Positions 50,901 to 62,975 of a stretch of DNA of 64,000 bases are shown one piece after another (positions within the stretch are counted from its first letter, which is position 1; every line of letters starts with the position of its first letter). The stretch covers positions 4,416,001 to 4,480,000 of the forward strand of contig OY970325.1 of assembly GCA_963717145.1 (NCBI GenBank), read 5' to 3'. The position numbers were made by a program, and so were the translations under genes. Source of the DNA: an uncultured Armatimonadetes bacterium (lineage in GTDB: Bacteria > Armatimonadota > UBA5829 > DTJY01). The notes below the pieces were generated by a model that saw nothing but the letters and a program-made list of their open reading frames with translations, was not told where the DNA came from and searched no databases.

Positions 50901-53900
50901 GATCATCCAGCAGGTAGACTACTATGCCCAGGCGTTCATAAGCGAGCCGTTCGATCTGCAGAACACGAGCATAGAGTTCATCCCTGACGGCTCGAACAGC
51001 TTCTATGCGGCTTGCGCTCATCCGATATCGCAACTGCCGACGGATCCCGCCGCCGGCGCGCTCGTACCGCTCGGCGACGACAACTTCATCCAGATCAACC
51101 TGATGTACGGCGAGACGGTGTCGCTCTATGGGGAAGCATACAGCGGGTTCTATGTCGGCAGCAATGGATTTGTCACCTTTGAACAGGGTGACCCCGGCTG
51201 GAACGGCGCGCTCTTCGAACACTTTGCCTTCAAACGGATTTCCGCTCTGTTTACCGACTTGTATCCCAGCGACAACGTCACCAGTGCCCAAATGCCGGAT
51301 CGCATTGCGGTTACCTTTGACGGAGTTCGCCAGTACGGCGTGGCCAATGTCAACACGTTCCAGATCGAGATGTTCTTCGACGGCAGGATAACGCTGTCAT
51401 ACCTCACAGTCGAGTCGGATGCAGGGGTGGTCGGCCTGTCCGCCGGGCTCGGCATGCCGGAAGACTACGTCGGGAGCGATCTGTCCGCTTACCCGTGTGG
51501 TCCCAGGCTGACCGTAGTGAGACCGGACGGCGGTGAGTTCTATGAGCCTGGAGATATAGCCACGATAGCCTGGACGGCGGTAGGGAGCGACTGGCAGGGG
51601 GATGATACGGTCAGATTGGAAGCCTCTGCGGATAGTGGCGCCAACTGGATACAGATACCTGGAGCGGAGAGCTTGGCCTATGATGGCGGCTCGTTTGGCT
51701 GGAATACGTCAGGTTGGGCTATGTCGTCACGCTACAGGATCATGGTCATCGCAAACAGGGATTCCGCCATCAACGACGCGTCCGATGGCGACTTCTCGAT
51801 CGCGGTAGATAATGCTCCACCGGTGATCACCCATACGCCGCTCTCCGACACCAATGATGCGGAAGGCCCGTACAGAATCGGCGCCACAGTCACAGACAAC
51901 CTTGGGGTCGCATCAGTGATCCTTTACTGGAGCAGGAACGGCGGGTCCTTTACCCCGTCTGCCATGGTCCCGGCGGGGGTTAACGACGAGTACTGGGGCG
52001 ACATACCGGGTCCGAGCGCGAACTGCACCGACGGCTACTGCTACTACATGGTGGCGACAGACGCTGCCGGCATTCCTAACGCAACCCGGAGCCCAGCGTC
52101 AGGCGAGTACTGCTTCAACGTCGCAGGCCCTACCCTCGACGTGTCAACGAGTTCGATGATGTTCGGACTGCCGCCGAATGGTACCGGCAGTGAGGATATC
52201 ACTCTTACCAACAATGGCTGTGTGCCTCTCGAGTGGCAGATCATGGAGAGGGCCGCTTCCTCCTCAGTCCTATTCGAGCCGTATGCGGGTCAGACCGCCG
52301 AGCAGCGCCCGCCGGTAAACTGGTCTGCGCCACACGTCCCTGGTCGTCTGATTGTCGGCATCAAGCCCGAAGTGCAGGCCGCGGAACGTGCCGCTGTTCA
52401 CGCTCAGGCCGGGGCCAAAGCCATCCAGCGATTCGAGTTCATATCGGCGGATGTCGTGAAGGTGGATCTTGGCGACGATCTCAAGACCGTGGCCGCGAGG
52501 TATGCCGCCATGCCGGGGGTGATATATGTCGAGCCGGATTACATGGTGTCGGCCAGCGGGGTACCGAACGACCCGCTGTTCACCGATCAGTGGGGACTGC
52601 TCAACACTGGTCAGGCGGTCGGCACGCCTGATGCGGACATCGATGCTACGGATGCCTGGGACATAACCACCGACAGCCCGAGTGTCGTGGTCGCAGTTAT
52701 CGACAGTGGCGTCTGTTACACTCACCCGGACCTCGCTGCCAACATGTGGACGAACCCGGGCGAGATCCCCGGCAATGGCGTGGATGACGACGGAAACGGC
52801 CTGGTGGACGATGTCTACGGCTATGACTACGCAAACAGTGATGGCAACCCTATGGATGATTATGGGCACGGCACTCATGTGGCCGGAATCATCGGCGCCG
52901 TGGGCGATAACGGGATAGGCGTCGCCGGCCTGAGCTGGAACGTAAAGATAATGGCCCTCAAGTTCCTCGAATCAGATGGGCAGGGCGCAACGTCGAAAGC
53001 GATAAGCTGCATCCAGTACGCAATCAGCAAGGATGTTACCCTTTCCTGCAACTCCTGGGGCGGCAGTGAATACTCGACGGCGCTCTACAATGCCATCGAA
53101 GCGGCGCGGACCGCCGGACAGCTATTCGTCGCGGCCGCGGGTAACGCAGGCGTGAATAATGATGCGTCAGCGAACTACCCCAGCAGCTACAGCCATCCGA
53201 ATATCATCTCCGTCGCAGCCACTGATCGCAATGACAATCTGGCAGTATGGTCCACCGGCGGCGGGTCGAACTGGGGACTGAATACCGTCGATATCGCTGC
53301 TCCGGGCTTGGACATTATGAGCACGGTGCCGGTGGCCAACTATGAGAGCTGGAGCGGCACTTCGATGTCCGCTCCTTATGTGGCAGGAGCGTGCGCCCTG
53401 TGCATCGCTGCGAATCCCGATGCGACTCATGAGCAGATCAAGCACTGGATATTGACCGGAGCGGAACCGAAGCCTGCACTCGCAGGGAAGATGGTCACGG
53501 GCGGACGACTCAACGTGCACAACTCGGTGGTTCTTGCAGGGATCTCATGGCTCGACGAGACTCCTAAGCGTGGGGAGATACCTCCAGGAGAGAGCAGGGT
53601 CGTCACCGTGTCCGCCGATGCCGCAGGACTTGACGACGGCTTCATGGAGACAGCCAGGATTGCGATCGCGAGCAACGATTTCGCGCATCCCACGACCTTG
53701 ATATCCGTCACCTTGAACGTCGTGCGGGCAGGACGCTTCATTCGACTGGATTCCCCGAACGGTGGCGAATGGTACGAGCCGGGGACGGTTGTCAGTGTCA
53801 ACTGGACGCCGATAGGGACCGACTGGCAATACTCGGATCCGGTGAGGATCGATTGGTCCGCGGACAGCGGCCTGACCTGGTCACTGGTTCCCGGATCAGA

Positions 53901-56900
53901 GTATATGTACTGTCTCGACGGCACATTCGCTTGGAATACGACCGGTTTCCCGCCGTCTTCGAAGTATCGGCTACGGGTCGTGTTTCCGAACGACGAGGGC
54001 ATATACGATGGCTCCGATGCCGATTTCTCCGTTGCCGCGGACACGACCCCGCCCCTGATCACTCATTCGCCGCTGCCTGATAGCGGCGACATGTCCGGCC
54101 CATATACTGTGTACGCGGGCGTTACGGATAACTACGCTGTCGGCAACGTGACGCTCTTCTGGAGTAGAAACGGAGGCTCCTTTGCGGCGGTTCCAATGGT
54201 TGCCACTGAGACCCCCGGCCAATTCTCGGGTCAGATTCCCGGCCCGAGCACTGATGGTGATCGGTACTGCTACTACATCAGGGCTGTTGATGCTTCGACG
54301 GCACTCAACGCGGCCACGGATCCGGCCGGCGCCCCGGCTCAGACCTACTGCTTCATCACCCGCACTGTCATCAACTTGCCGGTCAACTTGACGGATGGTG
54401 GTGGCTTCCGGTGGGATATCCAGCAGAACGGCAGCATTCTGGACGGAAGCAGCGACGCATTCGATAGCGGATTCGTTCTCTCCGGCTTCCCGAATGTCTC
54501 GACTGGTGGCTTGGAGGATGGAGGTAGAGAGGTTCTGATCAGCAATGGAGCCACCACGGGCATCCAGGTCAGTCGCAAGATCTACGTTCCGACCGGCAAT
54601 GCATACTGCCGGTTCCTCGAGATCGTCCGGAACCTCGGCGAGACGGCGTCAACACATACTGTGCGCTTGGACACGAATCTCGGATCGGATGCCGCAACCG
54701 TGGTTGCCGGGACTTCCGATGGCGATAGCACATTTGAGACGACCGATCAGTGGATCGTAACGGATGACACCCTCGAAGGCTCGGGTGACCCCGTCGTTAC
54801 GCATGTGATCGGGGGCGCCGGAGCCGTTCAGTCTCCGAGCCAGGTTTCCTTCACACCCGGATTCGTCGGGTATATCTACGATCTGGTGCTGGAGCCGCAG
54901 GAGACCAAGATCATAATGCACTTCGGTGTGCAGGGACAGAGCAGGACTGCCGCTCTCGGCAAAGCCGATCAGATTGCCGGCCTCGCCACTGCGCAGGAGT
55001 GTCTGATGGGAATGACCGTAGATGAGCGCGCGCATGTCGTGAACTTCACGATAATAGGTCGTTCACTGCGCATACTCAGCCCGAACGGTGGCGAGTGGTA
55101 TGAGCCGGGCAGTCCTCTGGCGATCACCTGGGCTACTGCCGGAAGTGACTGGCAGACCGGCGACACGGTGAAACTCGAATCGTCGTCGGACGGTGGCGCG
55201 ACGTGGGCTCCGATCCCGGGTGCGAGCGCGCTGGCGTACAATACCGGCTCGTTCGGTTGGAACACTACCGGCGTCATCTCGTCGGATCGCTACCGAGTCA
55301 GGGTCACGTGGAACGGCGGCAGTGAGATTACCGATGCCTCCGACAGCAACTTCGTGGTATCACAGGACAATCTCTCGCCGTTGATCACTCACACGCCGCT
55401 TGTCGATAACAACAATCTCCCCGGCCCGTATCGGGTCTGCGCCGTTGTCACCGATAAGCTCGGAGTAGCCGGTGTGACACTATACTGGAGTAAGAACGGC
55501 GGCGGGTTTGCCTCCACGCCCATGACCCCTTCAGGTCAGTCGAATGAGTACTGCGCCGATATCCCCGGCCCGAGCGTCGATGGCGATCGGTACTGCTACT
55601 ACATACGCGCCATCGATGGCTCCGTGGCAGGGAACGTATCCGTCAGTCCGAACGGCGCTCCGGCTCAGACACACTGCTTCACCGTATGCCACGTAGTCAG
55701 CCTGCCGATCAACCTGAACGATAGCGAGAGCTTCCTGTGGGATATCCAACAGAATGGAAGCATCCTCATCGGCTCGAACGACGCATTTGATGGTGCATTC
55801 GTCCTGAATGGCTTTGCCAACCAGCCGACCGGTCGCGCGGAGGATGGTGACCGCGAGATAACCATCAACGACGGCGCGAGTTCCGGCATACAGATCACTC
55901 GCAAGGTCTACGTGCCTTCCGATCGGGCCTACGCTCGTTTCCTCGAGATTGTAACCAATGACAGCAGCACTCCCGCTGTGCGCACGGTGAGGATAGACAC
56001 GAATCTGGGATCAGATACCGAGACGGTCGTCGTCGGTACCTCGGACGGGGATACGACCCTCGAGACGACCGACCAGTGGATCGTGACTGACGACGCCGAC
56101 GGCACGGGTGATCCGACGATCACGCATGTCATCGCCGGCATGGCGGCTCCTCAGTCGCCGAGTACGGTGAACCGCAGCGGTGACACCATGCGCTATGAAT
56201 ACGTCCTGAACCTCGCTCCCAATGAGACGAAGATCGTGATGCACTTCGGCGTACAGAGCCCGAATCGGGCATCAGCCCTGGCAAAGGCGTCCCAGTTGGC
56301 GCTTGTGGATGCGTCTCAGAATTCACTGTTTGGCATGACGACCGCAGAGCGCTCGCAGGTGGTGAACTTCGTCACCAGCGGAATGTACCTGCGAGTGAAC
56401 CAGCCGAACGGTGGGGAGAGCTACATCATTGGCGACATTGTGCCCATTCGGTGGGATGCCGTCGGACTGGATTGGAAGTCGGGTGATACAGTGCGGATCG
56501 ACTCCTCGCCGGACAACGGCACGACCTGGATCCCGATCGCCGGAGCCGGAAGCCTGGCATACAATACCGGTTTGTTCAACTGGAATACCACCAGCGTCAC
56601 TCCGTCGAACTCCTATCGGGTCAGGGTCGTCCGGAATGGCGATGCGACCGTGAACGACTCGTCGGACGCCGGGTTCAGGATTGCCGCCGTCCGGGGAACG
56701 CGTGACTGCAAGCTGTATCCCGACGGAGTCCCGGTGGTGTTGAACGCGAAACGCACCAGCGCAGTGTTCGCAGACGGCCTCTACATTCAGGAGGAGGATC
56801 GGTCGTCCGGCATCGGAGTCCTGTATGACGGCCCGACGCCGGCGCTGGGCGATCTTGCGACTGTGAGGGGCCTGATGGTCACGATGGACGGAGAGCGCAT

Positions 56901-57303
56901 GATAGCCGCCGACACGGTGACGTGGACCGATCCCGATGCTCTCGTGCCGATCCCGATCGGTATGAACAATCGAGAGGTCGGTGGCTCCGCGCTTGACTAT
57001 CAGCTCGGTCCACCACCGACCGGGCAGAAAGGCCTCCTCGGTAAGGCCGGCCTGAACAACATCGGCCTGCTGGTCAAGACCTGGGGCAGGGTGACCTCCG
57101 TGGACGGCGCGCCGACGTTCATCACAATCACGGATGGCTCCGGCGAGTTGATGGTCGATCTGGTGGCCGGAGCGACCGTCCCCGCTGTCGATGACAAGGT
57201 GAGCGTGATCGGTATCAGTTCGTGCTATGCGGTTGGCGGAGACCTGTATTCGAAGATCAGGCTTCGGGATGTCGCCGGCCTGGTCATCCAGACCGGGCCG
57301 TAG
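47901..57303 (+). CDS. Giant secreted double S8 (subtilase) protease with repeated accessory domains, ~3,100 aa (frameshifts near 48005 and 48450)
   Basis: Signal peptide (47901 frame), prodomain (48044 frame), then two full triads VIDTG/HGTHVAG/GTSMA and VIDSG/HGTHVAG/GTSMS; PNGGE Ig-like repeats; two NIDO-like domains; C-terminal GLNNIGLLVKTWG module. Confidence 0.9.
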
Positions 57304-57306
57304 GTC

Positions 57307-57338
57307 GGTGAACGGTGATCGGTGAACGGTGAACAGTG
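57307..57338. repeat. Heptamer tandem repeat (GGTGAAC)n
   Basis: GGTGAAC GGTGATC GGTGAAC GGTGAAC AGTG. Confidence 0.7.
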
Positions 57339-57446
57339 CAGGACCGTCCTTGCACTGTGTTGGATATCCCACCACAAGGAAATGCCCGGCTGCCCGTTGA
57401 AGAAGTAGGGGGCACACGACCGAGTCCGCAGTCTCCCGAGGTTTCA

Positions 57447-58889
57447 ATGCGCGCACTGGAGCAGTTCTCATTCCTCTTCTCCCAGGACGGCGGGTATCTG
57501 CGCATCCCTATCTGGGGGCATATCCCGCTCAGCCATTCCGCACGCCGGATCATAGGGCACCCCGACTTCGTCAGGCTTCAGAGGATCCGGCAGCTCGGCT
57601 TTGTGAATGATGTCTTCCCCGGGGCGTCACACACTCGCTTCGAGCATTCGATCGGGACATATCATCTGTCGGTCCTGATTCTTCAGAGGCTCGTGTTGAA
57701 CCCGTCCAACTGGCGAAACGAAAGCGATCCCTGCATCAGCCCGGAGGACGCGCGACTGTTCCTGGCGGCGGCACTGCTCCACGACATCGGGCACTATCCG
57801 TTCGCGCATCTGGTGGATACTCTTCCGAGTACGAGTATGAGTATGAGTATGAGTAGGAGTAGGAGTGAGAGCAAGGCGTTCGCGTCGCACGAGGACCGGG
57901 CGACGGAGTACATCGGTGGCGATCGGTCGGCGGGCAGCATATACTCGATCCTCAGAGATGAATGGGGGATCGGCGACCCGGCGCAGGTGGCGCGGATCAT
58001 CGCCGAGCCGGAGGACTCGGGCCTTCCCGGCCGGATGCTGAGCGGGATCCTCGACCCGGACAAGATGGACTACCTGATGCGCGACGCGTGGGCGTGCGGC
58101 GTCCCATACGGCAACATAGACACCGACCGGCTGATCGAATCCCTCGTTCTCGACCTCGATGGACCGAATCAACGTCTCGGGATCACCGAGAAAGGCATCG
58201 CGCCGCTCGAAAGCCTTGTGTTCGCCAAGTACATGATGTTCCGCCACATCTACTGGCACCACGCCGTCCGGATCGCCGTCGCCATGTTCACTCGCTTCGT
58301 CCAGGACGCGCTCGATGCAGGGGAGGTAGACCCCTCGCGATTCTATGAGCTGTCCGATGACGCCCTGATCGAGGAACTGGCGTCCACAGCGGATCGGGTG
58401 ATCTCCGGCGATCTGCTCATCAGGGTCAGGACCCGCGACCTGTACAAGCGCGGGTTCACGCTCTACCCCGAGCATCCCGCCGGCGAGGAGGAGTTCGCCC
58501 TCTCGCAGGACGAGATGGAGCGCGTGAAGGAGCTGTACCGGCATCCGGAGCAGCGCCGGGAGCGGGAGATCGCCGTCTGCCGCCTGCTCAGCGAGCGAGA
58601 GGGGCTCGATCTGGCCGGGTTCGAGGTCCTGCTCGACATCCCGCGGCTCGCAAGTGTGTTCGACGTGGATGATTTCCGCGACTTGCGCGTCCTCGTGACA
58701 CCCCAGACCGGCGGCGAAGGGCGGTTCGTGCCATTCAACTCGTTCGGGTTCACGCTCCTGACCGCCGACTTCGCCCAGGAGTTCGAGCGCTACAGCCGCC
58801 GCCTGCAGGTGATCTGTCGACCGGACCTCCGCGATGCTCTCCGCCGTCACTGGCGCGAGGTGAAGGCAGCGGTCGTGGGGAATGGTTGA
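57447..58889 (+). CDS. HD-domain phosphohydrolase (SAMHD1/dNTPase-like)
   Basis: RLQRIRQLG, HTRFEHSIG, LLHDIGH, LDPDKMDYL.RD, IYWHH. Confidence 0.9.
   Translation: MRALEQFSFLFSQDGGYLRIPIWGHIPLSHSARRIIGHPDFVRLQRIRQLGFVNDVFPGASHTRFEHSIGTYHLSVLILQRLVLNPSNWRNESDPCISPEDARLFLAAALLHDIGHYPFAHLVDTLPSTSMSMSMSRSRSESKAFASHEDRATEYIGGDRSAGSIYSILRDEWGIGDPAQVARIIAEPEDSGLPGRMLSGILDPDKMDYLMRDAWACGVPYGNIDTDRLIESLVLDLDGPNQRLGITEKGIAPLESLVFAKYMMFRHIYWHHAVRIAVAMFTRFVQDALDAGEVDPSRFYELSDDALIEELASTADRVISGDLLIRVRTRDLYKRGFTLYPEHPAGEEEFALSQDEMERVKELYRHPEQRREREIAVCRLLSEREGLDLAGFEVLLDIPRLASVFDVDDFRDLRVLVTPQTGGEGRFVPFNSFGFTLLTADFAQEFERYSRRLQVICRPDLRDALRRHWREVKAAVVGNG
57826..57868 (+). repeat. In-frame hexamer repeat (GAGTAN)7 within HD gene
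   Basis: Encodes STSMSMSMSRSRS. Confidence 0.85.
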
Positions 58890-58899
58890 TGGAGGTCTT

Positions 58900-59000
58900 G
58901 GGTTGTAGGTTGTAGGTTATGGGTTACGGGTTACGGGTTACGGGTTACGGGGATACCCAGAACCTACAACCCCAAAACCCATAACCTGGAACCCACAACG
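58900..59000. repeat. Inverted heptamer arrays between convergent genes
   Basis: (GGGTTAC/AGGTTGT)n facing (..AACC.)n. Confidence 0.8.
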
Positions 59001-59006
59001 TGACAC

Positions 59007-60914
59007 CTAAGGAACGATCTTCCGCACATCCTCCGGCCTGCGGGTGAGGATGCGGCGTGCCGTCCCGGAAGGCGTCCAGAGGCAGGAACTGATGCCGGTG
59101 ACCTCGACCTTCTCGCCGCTGGAGTACCCCGCCGGGTCGCAGATCACCCGCACCCCGAGGTTCTCCGTCTCGCCGGTCGAAGTCCCATCCCTCAGCCTCG
59201 ACCCGTCGTCGATGTACAGATATCCCTCTCCTACCTGGGTCACCGATCCCCACGTGCGGACGAACAGTCCGATGTTGTTGAGCCCCAATGCGCCGAAGAT
59301 GCCTGCCTGTCCCCCGCCCGTGCCCGGATCAAAGGGCACTCCACCTATAGTCCGGTTGTTCAGTCCCACGGGCCTCAGAGGCAGGCTGTCTATGCGTCTG
59401 ACGTTCGACGCATTGATATAGCGCTCGCCGTTGTCATCTGTGGCCAGAGTCCCGTCAACGTGATACCGGTCACCCTCGGTGACCGGGTTGCCCCACAGGA
59501 CCTTGATGCCGGTGGATCTATCCGCATCCTCTGCGTAGAAAAGGCCGGGCAGCGCGCAGGTGGCCGTATTGCCTGAGAGGGTTGCCCCAATCCCGTCCGA
59601 CAGGGCCTTCGTGCGGGCCAGGCCCCACCTGTCGCGCACGAAGACGCCCCATGCCCCGTTCGTGTCGCCGGGAACCAGGTAGGAGGCGTCGGATTCGAAC
59701 GCCACGTACCGCCCGTCCGCGCTGATGGCGGGTACTCTGCTGTCCCCGTTCCCCTGCGTCCCGCCGCTCGACACGGAGACCCTCTCGGTGACGCCGGTCT
59801 GCCGGTGGCGCACGAAGATGTCGGATGTCCCGTTCGTGTCGCCGGGGACCAGGTTGGAGGCATAGGACGAGAGCGCCACGTACCGCCCGTCCCCGCTGAT
59901 CGAGGGCGCGTAGCTGATCGAGTTCCCCTGCGTCCCATCGCTCGATACGGAGACTCTCTCGGTAACGCCGGTCTGCTGGTCGCGCACGAAGACGTCGTAT
60001 GTCCCGTTCGTGTCGCCGGGGACCAGGTTGGAGGCATAGGACATGAACGCCACGTACCGCCCGTCCGCGCTGATGGCGGGGTGCTGGCTGTTGTTCTTCC
60101 CCTGCGTCCCGCCGCTCGACACGGAGACCCTCTCGGTGACGCCGGTCTGCCGGTCATGCACAAACACGTCATATGATATGTTGGTGTCGCCGGGGACCAG
60201 GTTGGTGGCCCGGGACTCGAACGCCACGTACCGCCCGTCCGCGCTGATGAAGGGATAGTAGCTGTACTGGTTCCCCTGCGCACCGTCACTGGACACGGAG
60301 ACCCTCTCTGTGACACCGGTCTGTCGGTCGTGGACGAAGATGTCATTACTGCCGTTCGTGTCGCCGGGGACCAGGTTGGTGGCATCTGACTCGAACGCCA
60401 CATACCGCCCGTCCGCGCTGATGGAGGGCTCATAGCTCCTGCCGTTCCCGTGCGCGCCGTCGCTCGACACGGACACCACCTCGATGGCGCCGGTCTGCCG
60501 GTCGCGCACGAAGATGTCCCTCCGTTCGTGCCGCCGGGAACGAGGTTCGTAATAAAGGAGAGGAACGCCACGAACCGCCCGTCCGCGCTGATGGCGGGCT
60601 CATAGCTGGTGTTGTTCCCCTGCGCGCCATCGCTCGGGCACCGATACCCTCTCGGTAACGCCGGTCTGTCGGTCGCATACGAAGACATCTGATAGGTTGT
60701 TGTTGTCCCCGGGGGCCAGGTTGGGGGCATCGCTGTGGAACGCCACGAACCGCCCGTCCGCGCTGATGCGAGAGTGGCAGCCAATGATGTTCGCCTGCGG
60801 GCCGTCGTCTATCACGGAGACACAGGTAGTGACGCCGGCGTGGGCATGAGAGAAGGCGAGCGCGAGAATGCACACGCATACTAGGATGGGAAAGAACCTG
60901 CCGCTCGAACGCAT
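59007..60914 (-). CDS. Secreted TolB/PD40-like beta-propeller repeat protein with shared C-terminal module (frameshifts near 60635 and 60518)
   Basis: Seven ISADGRYVAF.S.A.NLVPGDTN repeats across three frames; signal peptide; GLNNIGLFVRTWG module. Confidence 0.85.
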
Positions 60915-60994
60915 GTTATTACTCCTTGCCTGGCCGCACATGGCAGTGCGGTCGGAGATAAGTCATGCCGGGTCGGAGGTGCTGACCCAACACC

Positions 60995-61023
60995 AGTTTA
61001 CTACTGCTCACGGCATCTGTCAA
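60995..61023 (-). promoter_or_regulatory. Sigma70-type promoter
   Basis: Minus strand TTGACA-17 nt-TAAACT. Confidence 0.65.
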
Positions 61024-61060
61024 CAAATGGCGCGAAAAACTGGTAAGAATACCGGGGGGA

Positions 61061-61102
61061 GGGAGTATGGGAGTGTGGGGGTGTGGGAGTATGGGAGTGC
61101 GG
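61061..61102. repeat. Octamer repeat (GGGAGTRT)n
   Basis: GGGAGTAT GGGAGTGT GGGGGTGT GGGAGTAT GGGAGTGC. Confidence 0.7.
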
Positions 61103-61155
61103 ATGGGAGGACGGGGGCGCTTCGTTGGCGAAGATTGCAGCGGAGGTATCGGACA

Positions 61156-62850
61156 TTGCGCTATTCAAGACTATTTGCGCCGACGCTGAGAGAAGTGCCG
61201 GCTGATGTAGAGATGAGGAGCCATGCGCTCCTGCTGCGGGCGGGGTTCATACGCCAACTCGCGGCGGGGGTGTACGAGTTTCTGCCGTTGGGATGGCGGG
61301 TGCTCAACAAGGTCTCGGACATCATCCGCGATGAGATGGACAAGGCCGGCGCTCAGGAGCTTCTGCTCTCGACGCTCACTCCGCAGGAACTCTGGGCGGA
61401 GAGCGGTCGGGAAGCGACGATGAGCGATGTGCTACTCGGCCTCGAGGACCGCAAGGGCACGAAGTACTACCTCGGGCCGACGCATGAGGAGGTCATCACT
61501 GACATCGTTCGGCGGGGCGTCCAGTCGTACCGCGATCTGCCGCTCCATCTCTACCAGATCCAGATGAAGTTTCGCGACGAGCCGAGACCGAGGGGTGGAT
61601 TGGTCCGCGCGCGGGAGTTCCTGATGAAGGATGGCTACTCCTTCGACCGCGATGAGGCCGGGCTCGACGCCGAGTACAACAAGATGTTCGATACCTACAC
61701 AAACATCTTCAAGCGATGCGGGCTGCCGGTGATCGCGGTCGATGCGAGCGGCGGCGCGATCGGTGGCAAGGAGACGAAGGAGTTCATGCTCCTCACCGAC
61801 GCCGGCGAGGATTCGATCCTGCTCTGCCCGCAGTGCGGTTATGCGGCAAACCAGGAGATCGCCGACTTCCGGCTCGTCGTCGCTGAGCCTTCTGAAGCGC
61901 TCAAACCAATGGAGAAGGTGAGTACACCCGGCGCGCATACCGTCGATGAGGTCTGCGAGTTCCTGCACACCCACGCTGAGCGGCTCGTCAAGACGCTGAT
62001 CTGCATCGCTGACGGGAAGCCGGTCGCGGCGCTCGTGAGGGGCGATCGTGACCTGAATGAGGGCCGGTTCCGCGTGCTCCTCGGCGCGTCGAAGCTCGAG
62101 ATGGCGACTCCCGAGCAGATCCTCGAGGCGACCGGCGGCCCGGTCGGATTCAGCGGCCCGGTCGGCCTGAAGATCCCCACGTATGGCGATGAGGAACTCA
62201 AGGGCATGGTCAACTTCATCACCGGCGCGAACGAGGCCGATGCGCACCTGATCAACGTCAACTGGACCGATGTGGATGGGCACATCACCTGGTCACGGCT
62301 GAGGTTCGCGGTCGCCGGCGACGTCTGCGAGTGCTGCGGGACGGGTTTCGACGAGAAGCGCGGGATGGAGATGGGCCACATCTTCAAGCTCCGATACGCG
62401 ATCTCCGAGCCGCTGAATGCGACGTTCACCGATGAGGACGGCACGGACAAGCTGATGATCATGGGGTGCTACGGCATCGGGGTCAGCCGGATGCTTTCGG
62501 CGATCGCGGAGGTCAGCAACGACGACAACGGGCTGATCTGGCCGGTCAGCATTGCGCCGTATCAGGTTCACCTGATCTGCGCCAACGTGACCGACGAGAC
62601 CCAGCGCGCGCTCGCGGAGAAGGTCTACGCCGACCTGACCACTGCTGGCATCGAGGTGCTCTACGACGACCGCGACGAGCGTGCGGGGGTGAAGTTCAAG
62701 GACGCGGACCTCATCGGCATCCCGATCCAGATCGTCGCCGGCAAGCTCGCCTCCGAGGGCAAGGTCGAGGTCCGCGACCGCACGACCAAGGCCTCCGAGC
62801 CGGTCGCCGCGAGCGAGGTCGTCGGCAACGTCAAAGGTCGCATTGTATGA
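61156..62850 (+). CDS. proS: Proline--tRNA ligase
   Basis: GGAGG RBS and TTG start; LGPTHEE, KFRDEPRPR, REFLMKD, MGCYGIG, GVKFKDADLIGIP. Confidence 0.97.
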   Translation: MRYSRLFAPTLREVPADVEMRSHALLLRAGFIRQLAAGVYEFLPLGWRVLNKVSDIIRDEMDKAGAQELLLSTLTPQELWAESGREATMSDVLLGLEDRKGTKYYLGPTHEEVITDIVRRGVQSYRDLPLHLYQIQMKFRDEPRPRGGLVRAREFLMKDGYSFDRDEAGLDAEYNKMFDTYTNIFKRCGLPVIAVDASGGAIGGKETKEFMLLTDAGEDSILLCPQCGYAANQEIADFRLVVAEPSEALKPMEKVSTPGAHTVDEVCEFLHTHAERLVKTLICIADGKPVAALVRGDRDLNEGRFRVLLGASKLEMATPEQILEATGGPVGFSGPVGLKIPTYGDEELKGMVNFITGANEADAHLINVNWTDVDGHITWSRLRFAVAGDVCECCGTGFDEKRGMEMGHIFKLRYAISEPLNATFTDEDGTDKLMIMGCYGIGVSRMLSAIAEVSNDDNGLIWPVSIAPYQVHLICANVTDETQRALAEKVYADLTTAGIEVLYDDRDERAGVKFKDADLIGIPIQIVAGKLASEGKVEVRDRTTKASEPVAASEVVGNVKGRIV

Positions 62851-62863
62851 CAACCAGCCACGC

Positions 62864-62959
62864 GATGCTTCGGTAGCAGAGGCCTGGCGGCGCTGCCGAT
62901 GCATGTCACGGCACCACGGTGCATCGGCAGCGCCGCCAGGCCTCTGCTACCGAAGCATC
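62864..62959. repeat. Inverted REP pair upstream of RAYT
   Basis: GATGCTTCGGTAGCAGAGGCCTGGCGGCGCTGCCGATGCA and its reverse complement. Confidence 0.9.
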
Positions 62960-62975
62960 TGGAGGGGCGGTACAT

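Noticed and set aside
58900-59000. Telomere-like (GGGTTAC)n tract
   Set aside because: Short, degenerate, internal and paired with an inverted array; fits the intergenic heptamer repeats seen elsewhere here.
60868-61155. N-terminal extension of ProRS (likewise 5109 GH10, 25423 IlvE, 30427, 41047 RuvB, 57336 HD)
   Set aside because: Extensions run through repeats, promoters or neighbouring genes; family homology and RBS begin at the downstream starts.
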